Shown one piece after another: positions 1 through 11,900 of a stretch of 64,000 nt of DNA (position 1 is its first letter; every line of letters begins with the position of its first letter). The notes beneath the pieces were generated by a model. That model saw only the letters and a list, made by a program, of their open reading frames with translations, had not been told where the DNA came from and did not search any database. The translations under genes and the position numbers were made by a program. The stretch comes from Tubiluchus corallicola. Lineage: Eukaryota; Animalia; Priapulida. The stretch covers positions 186,001 through 250,000 of the forward strand of contig JAQGDQ010000174.1 of the NCBI GenBank assembly GCA_030141605.1, read 5' to 3'.

Positions 1-667
1 GATGAATCACTTTGTAGAAAAAGAATAAAACACTATACTACATATCTGCACAAAACTGAAAAGTGTTTATTAGACTACATACACATATGTAGAATGACTG
101 CTACACTGAACACTGAGAGTTAGACAGTAAGTAACATGAGTATCACGACTGCTGCACTGCACTGAGAGTTAGACAGTGACTAGAAAGTAAATCCAGTCAG
201 TATATATAGGTATAGGTAATTATGCAAACTTGGCTTCACAAAAACCATTACTGTAAAATAGGGAGAGATCCAGTGAATATGACTGTACAATTATACTAGG
301 GGTGAGTTTAGCTAGTAAAATGTAAAAGGATTAGTTAATAGATGGCAGCACCTAAAAATATACAGTTACAATTTCCACAAGGTATACACCTGTTTATGTG
401 CAATGCATTTCCGAAATGCAGGCACTAGTGCTCGTCTAATTGGCGAATGGCGAAAAACAGGTAACAACAAGAACTAGAGATGCAAACGTGAAATTGCATT
501 TGTGTGGTAATAATTCCTTCACGTAAGTCGTTTTTGAAAAAATAGTATATCTCCTTTCAATATTTTAAAGACCAGGTTGCTTTGACTACAGTTTAAGACT
601 GGGTCCGGTTTTGCTAAATATACTTATATGATTTTATTTTATGATTTTTTTTGTGTTTTCTTTTTAG

Positions 668-946
668 AACCACCTCTACTAGAAGATACGGTATCTCCAT
701 CTACTATACGTGCCATAATTAACACGACTGTGTCTATAGACTGCAGCGTTAGTGGCAGTCCCAAACCAGCGATTACGTGGTTTAAAGATGGCCGAGTTTT
801 GCCTTCTGTGAGGCATTACAGCATGGGCTCAACTGGTGAAATCATAAATATACTAGGTGTGCAGTTAACGGATGCAGGTTTGTTCTTATGCCGGGCTAGA
901 AACATTGCCGGACAAGTCGACAGGACATTTAATCTTGATGTTTTAG
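668..946 (+). CDS. HMCN1: hemicentin exon, Ig domain 1 (numbering within window)
   Basis: tttag|AACCA...TTAG|gtgaga; [33 protein letters not shown]; 279 nt, phase 1-1. Confidence 0.93.
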
Positions 947-3900
947 GTGAGAATTGTTGTAGATACATTTAATCTTGATGTTTTGGGTGAGAATTGTTGT
1001 AGATATATTTAATCTTGATGTTTTAGGTGAGAATTGTTGTAGATACATTTAATCTTGATGTTTTAGGTGAGAATTGTTGTAGATATATTTAATCTTGATG
1101 TTTTAGGTGAGAATTGTTGTAGATACATTTAATCTTGATGTTTTAGGTGAGAATTGTTGTAGATACATTTAATCTTGATGTTTTACGTGAGAATTGTTGC
1201 AGATACATCTAATCTTGATGTTTTAGGTGAGAATTGTTGTAGATACATTTAATCTTGATGTTTTAGGTGAGAATTGTTGTAGATACATTTAATCTTGATG
1301 TTTTAGGTAAGAATTGTTGTTGATACATTTAATCTAGATGTTTTGGGTGAGAATTGTTGTAGATACATTTAATCTTGATGTTGTAGATACGTTTTTGTCC
1401 GAATGGTGCTCATTGAACGTTGAAAAGTTTGCATAAAAAACTAATTTGTACAGGCATCCTACTTCATTAATAGTAGGTCATTCATTTGGAAATCCTCCAT
1501 AGAAGTGCAGTAACAATGAAAGCAAAATTGAAGAAGAGCTGAATTATAATCGTAAAATTGACCGACTCCCATTGTGTTTGCCCCCTTGATCAGAGTTCAA
1601 ATGTCACCCTACTCCTACCCTTCCCCATCCAGGGCTACTTGTTTTACTTGTAACACTAATTTCTGCTTTAACTAAATCATCTAAGTGGCAATTATTTATC
1701 TGTTTTTAGTGCCGCCGAACATTGCCGATTCGGACACAATTTCTAAACTAGACGTGATTGTCAACAATACCCTGCACATTAATTGCCCAGCTTCCGGGCG
1801 CCCGCCTCCACGCGTCACTTGGTTAATGAACGGACAGCCGATAATCTCCGCTAAGCAGAACATAGAGTTTGCTCCAGGTGGAAGAGATTTGACCATCGTC
1901 CATGCTCAAGTGGAAGATACCGCCATGTATACATGTGTAGCTGAAAATGAAGCGGGAAAAACCAATAGACACTACAGTGTTAATGTATTAGGTATTTTAT
2001 CATGTCGATAAAGTTATTGCAAATTCTTAATGTTTATTTTTTCTTTTTAGTCATTTTTTCTTTGTTCGTAAGCCCCATTCGAGGTAGCGGTCACTCAAGG
2101 TAAGGAGCTACATAAAACTAAATGGTCAAATATGAACACAGGTCTAGAAAAATAGATTTACCTGTTAATGTTGCTTGAAGCAAGTGAACTTTAGTTTTTA
2201 GTGATACAATTTCGGCTAAAGAATTTCACAGGTGCGGATTGGCGAGTTTTCTCACCAAGTAAACATGCCAAGTAACTCACAAGCATGTTCAGACTAGCGA
2301 GTAAGACTTGCTGCAAGTTACTCTTGTCAACAGTAACTCACAAAACATTTCGCTCTTGTGAGTTTGCTGTCGGAGAGAAAACTTGCTAAGAAGCCCAAGG
2401 GAAAAACTGAATTTACAAACAGTAAAACGAACAGTTCAACCAAACTGTTAGAATCTAGTAACTAGTGATGAGAGTCACTAGAAGCTTCTGCCATAAAAGT
2501 GATGATAAAAGAGACTTAACAACATATCTTTGATAAGCAACAGATTTCAGTGCTGATAAATCAAACCTGATTATATAAATAACATGTGTCTGCAATCTGT
2601 CATATGAGTTCAGTCATTAAGATAATAGCCAAAGCACCAGATTAGATGTTGTTGCTGTATTCCTGACTTGCTACGTACAAGGTCTGTTAGTCAGTTTTTA
2701 AAGGACGAATGTGATAACTAAACACACTACCATTAGTACCATTATTTATAGAAATATATTTTTTCAGATATACCCAGGATTGACGCCAGCACACCAAATG
2801 AGATGCAAGTGGTACAAGGTCAGCAAACAACTTTACCATGTCCGGCTCATGGTGTGCCTACTCCTACGATAACATGGTATCGAAATAATAGAGTGGTCGA
2901 TCGTAGTTATCATAATCTTAAGCTCGTACCCGGAGGAGCGTTAGAAATCGTATCTGCGCAGCCAATAGATTCTGGGACGTACGTTTGTGTGGCTTCAAAT
3001 TATGCTGGAAATTCCAGTAATGCTATTGATTTTACTGTGCTAGGTTAGTATTGCCTTTCGTTGTGCTTTATTAGTCAAATTCTTTGAAATGGCTTCACTT
3101 TGAATTGAAAATTAATTTTCTGGGATACTATGTTTAAACTGCAGAGTAAATAAACTGCTATGTATTGGTAAGTGAAATATATAGGTGGTTTCAGGCAAAC
3201 CAGTAGAAATATGAATAAAACTCATAGAATGTTTAACTTATATGACTTGAGCAGCATCGATTTTTGTCTCTGGACATATCTCAGTCCTCTTACATTACTT
3301 TCTATGTAAGTCTTGGCTTCGTTTAACGATGTCTCGCTTAACGCCGCATTTTGTTGGAACGCATTAGCATCATTAAGCGAGGGCTTACTGTATAAATTTG
3401 CAAATCATGCATTATTAAAGATATTTCAAACAATTGTGTTTCAGTTCCACCGACCATCAAACGTGGATCCATAACTGAGGATCTAGCGGTGACTTTGGAA
3501 GATGCTATAACTCTGGAGTGCATCGTTACTGCTATCCCGGATGCTGAGATTACTTGGATGAAGATGGGACAGGTGTATCGAGCGCCGCCTCACGTTCGGA
3601 TAACCAATAATGGCCAGCATTTGCAGATTCTGCGAGCAGAAGTACTAATAATGACTTAATTTTTTTGTTGGTGTTTTTAACAACATTTTTTTGTCACTAT
3701 GTAGATTAGCTTTTATATTAGAGTTCGTCATTCACAGACTTTATAAAGGTTTTAGTACTGGAAACATAGTTCTGATATTTAATCTACATATGACATTTCA
3801 GTTGTTTTCCCATAGGTAACTGATACAGGTCTATATACTTGTCATGCAGCGAATTTAGCTGGGGAAGCGGAGAAGGACTTTGACTTGGACGTGTTAGGTA

Positions 3901-6900
3901 AGCAGTAATATTAATTTATTAGAATTCATCACTTCATTTAGTAACATTTCATGTAGATTATAGCACTATAGTGATTTGTAATTGACACACTATACTACGC
4001 AAATATTACCATTTGTCACCAAAAAAAACAAAAGCCACATTCGTCGGAAGAATGGGTTTAATCATGTTTTCAACCTAGTGTATTTTTTCTAGTAATTATG
4101 TCAAATTAAGTAGAACAAGTATCAGTTACAAAATAATGCTGTAAAAATTTGGAATAAAGAAATCACGAACTAAATTTAGAGTTTGGAACAAAATATTAAA
4201 ACATTTGTGAAAGAGTAAGATTAATAAAAAATGCCAAAATCATTATTCTTTACATTGGAATGAAAAGAAAGCTTCTTACTTGTTATTTCCCTGTCAGTTA
4301 ATAATGGCTGATCATAGTTCATGGGCTTCATTGCATTCTGTTTTGTCTTTCTGATTACTTTTCAGGCACTTAATATTGTCATCTAATAACTTTTAACTAA
4401 TATTGTTTAATTGTTTCTATACTATAGCATCATAAGTAATTAACACTCCACTGTCTTTGTGTTTCTTTATAATATAAACTTCAAGTAGAAGTGTCTTTGG
4501 AAGTCTGTATACAGACTTACCGTATGATACATCTACAAATTTCCTGAAATTTTAGTGCCACCAGAAATAGAAGGAGCAGACGAAACGTTAAATCTTCAAG
4601 TTGTCGTCAACAGCAGTTTAATTATTGAGTGTCCGGCATCTGGAAACCCATTGCCTGATATACAGTGGCTAAAGAATGGAATACCTCTGGTAAACATTTG
4701 TAACTTATGTCTTCTATTACTCAATACTTTGTGCAGGATGCTTTAATATGTTAGGTTTTTTCTTTGTTGCATTGAAATTTGTCAGACATACTTGTAATGT
4801 GAAAAAAACAAATTTGATATCAGTAGGTTCAGTTAGTTTAAATAAATTTTTATTGAAATGCAAGTATTGCAATATGGCTTGAACAGTATTTAACAACTGA
4901 TGAATGTTCTTGTCAATGAAACGTGACACTTAATAGAAAGCAGACAATAGATAAACAGTAGAAGCATTATAGTATGACTACTAGCAGTATAGACACATAC
5001 GTAGCATAATGTTGACGATGACATTAATATGACTATGTAATCAAAATAAACTAACACAATGCTTTAGAAGCACTTAGTTAGAAATATAAATTTCTGTACA
5101 AGCTTAAATACTTGGATATTAACAGTTACATTTAAGTGTTGATTGCTATGAAATAACAGATAAGCGAGTTCATTTGTTAGCAGATTATAAATTCTAATAT
5201 TATGAGGAATTAACAATGTACAGAGCTTGCTTAGTAATATATCTGTAACCTGGTGATATAATGGGCAGCTGATTAGAAAATGATTAATGGTTTCAAAAGA
5301 ATGCATCTACAGGTAGGTAAAACTGGGGTTTCATCATAGTTTTTACATCTATCTGCCAAAGTTTAGTTGACAAAAGCCAACCCGTATTCGTGTTTGAGGA
5401 ATCTACTAGTCTACGGTCGCCATAAGAGTAATCTTTGGCGTTTGTGTTTGTTGAAACCCAAGTGTTTTTTGAAATGTAATTTAAATGACGATGAGGACTC
5501 GCTATTATGAATATAGAGAGGAAGTACCTTCCATGAATCAGTAACAGAAACAAAGAATGAATTAGCAAATGAAGTTGAATGATGATTAAAATTTCTAAAA
5601 TAATCGCCATTGCATACTGAGTAGGTTTGATTTAGAGACAAAAATTTATTTTATTTTTTCAGCTAAATGAGTTTGTTTTAAGTACTGAAAGTAACTTGTT
5701 GTTTGGCAGATTTCTTTTTAGCACTGCTTTGTGAATTCCTTGTGTTTTATCGGTAGTTTACTTTGTGCTTTTATTTGTAATTCAGTCAACACCGGATAGT
5801 CGCTTGCAGCTGCTGTATGACAATCAAATACTCAGCATCAACTCAGCTTTACTCTCTGACTCTTCGGCATACACTTGCATCGCTAGTAACATTGCCGGTC
5901 AAAACACAAAGCTGTTTACAGTTGAAGTTCTAGGTAAGAGAGCCATCTGTGTGATTGTTATCCTAATCTGGTACGGGTAGTCGTTAACTTACAACATATC
6001 CAACTTTACCAAAATTTAATTTATTGCCGACCGGTTTCGAACAAACTGTACCATTCCACAAAACACAGTGCACTGTGGGTGTTGTACAATTCAGCAACAA
6101 AGTGACAGCTTCCTAATATTGACAGTCTGTTACTACTAACGTATTTGTTTGTTTGTTTGCGGAGTGTAGCATAGCTTCATACAAATCAACATATGTAATC
6201 TGCAAGGTAAATTGTTAAATTATCTGTTAAATGTTATACTATACATCTTTTGGCTATCTAACTATTGAATTATATTTCGATGTTATTTCTAAATTCTGGT
6301 AAATTTCTTTGTTTTAGATTTTTTATTTCATAATCTTTAAAGTACAATACGCAGACAATATACAATACAATACCTAGATGCCTTGACAATGAACAGTTTG
6401 TTCGAAACCTGTCGGCAATAAATTCAATTTTGGTGTAGTTACATCTATTTGCCAAATATGGATAATTCAATATCCAACTTTCTTATTAATTATACGAAAC
6501 TAACAGTAACTCACGTTTCCTTCTTTTTCATTATTTTTAATTTTTTTTTGTTTTGATAAATTCATTCGTAGGTACCTCCATACGTAGCATGTCTTGTATG
6601 TAGACTATAGAGGTACACCAATTGAACATACAGGTTTGACTTGCTTCCAAGTCATCTGTCAGAACCGACTGTGGTCATAAGGGTCAATGACCACCTGTAT
6701 AATTTATGACATTAAGTAAGAATTAACTTTTGATAACGTCAAAACAAAAAGCCAGTTAGGCTTCTGTTAAAGTAATTTTGATAGAACCAGAATGAAAGAG
6801 TTTCACATTCTGCATTTTTGCTAAATAGGGTCTGGAGGTAGTTTTGCCATGCCCATTTTAAACCTACCATCTAGTTTTTTAGTAACATTCTTGGTACTTA

Positions 6901-8922
6901 TTATTACTTAAAATAAATTGAAATCTGTAATCTAGCTTTGACTAAAATTATCGAAATAATATTTAGCTGTCTTAATTGTGGCAGCTTGCCAAATTTTAAC
7001 TGGAGATCAGTAATGTTCATTTATTTAGGAAGACTCTGCAGCAAAGGTCCATTAAATGTTTTGCAATGTAGTTGATTTGGTGATGTGTTTGTGTCATCGA
7101 TCGTTACACCTAGTTAGCTATGTGTCAACCTTGAATGTTTTCATTGCAGGTTACATTTGATTTTTCTTTCAGAACCACCTTCTATTGAAGACAATATCCC
7201 AGAAGAAATGAGTACTGTTCTCGGACAACGAATCACACTGCCTTGTCCTGCATATGGTACTCCTACTCCTGAAATTACCTGGTATAAAGTAAGTGTCAAT
7301 TTTGTGAAGATAGGAATATCAGTTCCTGATTTTGACATGTCAGATTTCATTTTGTACGTACTGAGAATATTTGTGGTTAAATTATGTCTGTTTTGACACA
7401 TTCTTCTTGCTTAAAGTAGCATTGATGCAGTAGTCATTGTTGATATCTTATCAATGTCTGTGGTTATGCTTAAAAACAGTTAAAAAATCTAACAATAGTG
7501 GTTTTTTGCCACGCTGTATTTGTTGTTTATACATTTGTTAGTTTTTGTTTGTGTTTCATAGCATTTGCAAGGAAGCATTCTAATTTATTCTAATCAGTTA
7601 TCCAGTCACCGCATTTTTAATTCTTGCCAGAATTTTTGTATGCATATTTAAAACAAATTAATATAAAGTACATGTTTATGGTCTGTTCTTTTTCACTAGG
7701 ATGGAGCCCTAATAACGGGCAATGAGAAAAATATTCGTTTACTGAGATTTGGTTCCCTGGAAGTACATAATGTTCGGTCAGAAGACAGTGGTCAGTATCA
7801 ATGCGTGGCAAGCAATCCAGCGGGCAAAGCATCAAATGACATTAAATTCATTGTTCTAGGTATGAAACTAACTTACTGCATGGAAATTTACATGGATAAT
7901 GAATAAACCTTTCACAGTTTCGTTCTGCGCACACACAGTTGCTGGAAGTCAAAGGTTCAGTGTATCACAGCAACGCATCGTAACTACAACTGTTACGTGA
8001 CATGTGTGAAGCAAAGCCGTTTGCCACATCAGTTCAGTAACTTCAGCTGCTTTACGCGGACTTTACTGAATTATGCGTTAGTCTGTGCTAGAGTGATTTA
8101 CTAGCATGATCTTGTTTGATAACAAGAAAAGATGAATTAGGTAAGGTTCTAGCTAGCCGTTAAAAGTTACTATTACAGTAAATTGGGCTGCGAGACATTG
8201 TCAAGTGTACACAAATGACATTGCCTAGTACGCTTCACCTTTGACCTTTTCACGATCATCATCAATCGCTGGAACTGTGAATAGGCTTGTTGGTGTAGAC
8301 ACATTGCCGAAAGGTTATAATGATCCTTTGATATGAATAGTAGACGTTTTTCTCTTGCATTTTTTAATATCCGGTCCATTCAATAGTTTTTAAAATTTAT
8401 GAACTTAAGTTTTGGAAACTCTATTTCATTTGGAAATTTCTTACTCTTTGCACAATTAGTGTTTTTTACATTGAAAAATATTTTATAACACACAGTGCCG
8501 CCCACAATTGTTAATATTGGAACTGACACTGACATTCAAGTTGTGGCCAACGAATCTGTGATTATGGAATGTCTCGTCTCTGGAGTGCCCACGCCTCAGG
8601 TGACGTGGCTCAAAAATGGAAAGCTATTTGCCATTACCGATCACATTATGGTGTCCGAGGACGGGCAACAGTTGAGAATAGCCGTTTCCCAAGTTACGGA
8701 TGCCGGACGGTACACTTGTGAAGCTCGAAACAGCGCTGGGGAAACAAGCAAAGACATTACATTGGACGTATTAGGTACGATTTTGCTGCTTGGTGTTTTT
8801 TTGGTAAGAATATTGAGCGTTTCTAGAATTAAAACTTGACTAGAAATTTTTCATCATGAAATTAATGCACAAATGAGTATTTTGTACAAGTGCTGTATCG
8901 ATTTTAGATGTGGAAAAAATAC

Positions 8923-8954
<32 letters not shown>

Positions 8955-11900
8955 GGTAATGGTGATGGTGATGGTGATGGTGATGGTGATGGTGATGGTG
9001 ATGGTGGTGGTGGTGGTGGTGGTGGTGGTGGTGGTGATAGTGATAGTAATAGTAATAGTGATGATGATGATGATGATGATGATAACAATAATATTTAGTT
9101 TGATCTTTATTCTTAATAAATAAGAAAATAGTTAACCTCTTTTGTTCATATTGGTAAATTACCTTCCTGTATGTTTTTTGTAAAGTTGTTTGTTTCTTTA
9201 ACTGTATCATATGGCTAATAAAATAAGCAAATGAGTAAACTCATGGTCCTACATATGTGTTTAGTGTTTCAACAGATGTAAATTATGTAATTTTAATATA
9301 TACTACCTGGTAGTAGAATAAAGTCCTGTTGATACTTTACCTGACAAAAAAGATTTTTGTTGGCTGATTAAAGTTCTTCTCTCCTATAAATTTATTCAAG
9401 TCTTCCACTTGTTCTTCTGGTATCCCTTAAACAAACAACAAAAAAGCAGATAGTTAGCTAAATAAATAAACATTGTCGTCGGTGTTGTTTAAAAAATGCT
9501 ATTTTAAAATGAAAATGAACAGCCATCATCCACTTAAGTAAAGACATGGCTTTTATTCAGTTTTGACAGGGTTTGACACACATGCTGCAGTATCTTGCAT
9601 TCCAAAGAACTTTTTTACTTTTTGCAGTGCCACCATCTATCAGGGAGTCTGTGGAGGATGAGTTTGAAGTGATTGTTAACCGAAGTGTGACCATCGAATG
9701 TCCAGCAGTTGGTCATCCACGTCCAGATGTTATATGGTTTAAAAATGGCAGTCCACTGCCACAGAACGGTACACAATAGATTGTTTTTAAAAATTCTAAA
9801 CTTGTTACAAAATCTTTCTTAAGCAACATTTACCAGACATCCGCATTGTTGTTATGCATTATGCTTATTGCTCATCCAGCTTCGTATAAAAAAATCAATA
9901 GGAAATAGCTGCCGAAAAAATAATGCAATGGCGCAGTTCTAATAAATGGGTTCATAGAAAACAGTATATAAAGTGATTTTTTGTGCAATAACGCATTCTG
10001 CTTGTCTGGTAAGTGATGCCTTACTGTTGTTTTAAATGATTTAAAAAGTCACAGTTTACTAGTTGGTAATAAGTTGTTGGGGTGTGTGCTTGCAGAGCTA
10101 TATTTTACTGATCGGTGTTTTTTATTGTGTTGTTTTAGACCCTTTGCACATACTGACGCTATATGAAAATCAACTGTTGCGAATAAACCAAGTACGAGAA
10201 AGAGATGCAGGACGATACTCGTGCGTAGCAATAAACATAGCCGGACGTGCTTCTCACAACTACACTGTGGATGTTTTAGGTAAGTTTAGGAAAAGTATCG
10301 CTTAAAGTAGCTTAAACAAACTTATACTTGCTTGTATCGCAGCGCGAGGAATGACCGAGTGTTCAAAATGTGCGCTTAGCAATCAAAGTTAAGCAGTGTT
10401 GAGCTTGGTCAGTAACTGAAATTATGACGATTAGGAAAATTTTTCTGGCTCCTGACCATTTTGCTTTTTGAAGGCAATGTATCTTCATGAAAACATGGCC
10501 GGTTGAATTTCTTATCTTAAAGGACTATACTTGATAATAATGAACCAAGTTCCAGTCCTGCCACATAGAGTCATCAACATTAAAGAAAGTCCTGTGGTTG
10601 AATGCTGGATACCATCTCGCAGGTAAAACAGTTGTCTTTTGCCTGACATAATTCCTCTGTATTTGTCTTCCTGCTTGTGATTGCATTTACTAGAGTTACG
10701 AGCTGCTTGTAACCACTCAACTAATAAATTCTACAATGTACATACTACTGCAGCGCTGGAGAGAATATGAGTCAATCTCTGTCACAATTTGAACTTTAGT
10801 ATGTGGTTTTGCGATACTATAAATTTATAGGCAGCCATGTACTTAATCATTTTGTTTTACTTATTGATTTTTACATTATCTTGTATAAGTATAGAAATAA
10901 ATACTAAATACGTAAGTAGAAATAGATGCATAATTAAAAAATTGTGCAAAAATTAGAGCGTATAAGATTACATGCTATAAGAGTGAAAAGCTGCTGCTTA
11001 CATAATTTAACAAATTACAAGAACTTTACATATCCACACTTTTTACTTTTAATTTAAACTGTTTTTTTGTTCCAGCTGATGAATTTGTCATTACTGATTA
11101 ATAGTTTGCTATTCTGGAACAGTAGTTTTGATTTGGTTTTGATCAAGAATTTTACGTGACTTTCTTTCATGTAATATGATTCTGAGTGTCATTCTAAAGT
11201 TATTTAATGTTTCTATAACACAGGGAATTTAATCTTTGAATTTTTGTTGATTTTCTACTTTGCAGTTCCACCGTCCATAACTAACTGGCACATTACTGAG
11301 CATTTACGCGTAATGATTGGTAACAATCTCACTATTGAATGTCCGGCTTATGGTCGACCGCCTCCTGAAATCGCATGGTTTAAAGACAATCAGCTGTTAA
11401 GCGGAACTGGTAGCATCGGACCTAACTATTATTTGACTCGAGCAAGTAGTATTTTATTGCTTAAATAAATTCATGGTAATTTCAAATACGCACAATTATA
11501 ATGTCTGTTCTAGTTAGAACTATCTATTTAAAGGCTAAGGCTACATTATTTCTGCAAAACCCTTGATAATGCAGGCTATCCTGGAAAGTCAGGGGAAAAT
11601 TTAATTTTCGTAAAAATCCAGGGAGAATAATGAAAATGGAGTGAAAAGTCAGGAAAATTAGGAAGGTTTTCAAAAATAATCACCCCGAGCCTATATTTTT
11701 CCAAACATATTTTTCAGCGATTCGTGATAATGATTGGATTAAGAAAGTTTAGTTAATGTGATAAGTGTAGTTTTGTTAGCACTATTGCAGCTGTGCTGAC
11801 ACATTATATATCAGTATATGTATGAATCTCCATATGCAAAAATGTTTGCATATGTATACTGGTAATGCAACTTCTAACTGCATGTCAAACTTAATTTCTA

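Noticed and set aside
925-1390. Regular 40-bp periodicity resembling a CRISPR array
   Set aside because: No unique spacers, no cas genes, and the unit derives from the adjacent exon/intron junction in a spliced eukaryotic gene.
8840-9210. Poly-His, poly-Pro, poly-Val/Met and poly-Gly/Asp ORFs
   Set aside because: Translations of an intronic triplet microsatellite.
10380-10425. 5S rRNA-like fragment (aagttaagcagtgttgagcttggtcagta); similar on the minus strand near 51070-51120
   Set aside because: Short and degenerate; at most a 5S-derived SINE relic, not an rRNA gene.
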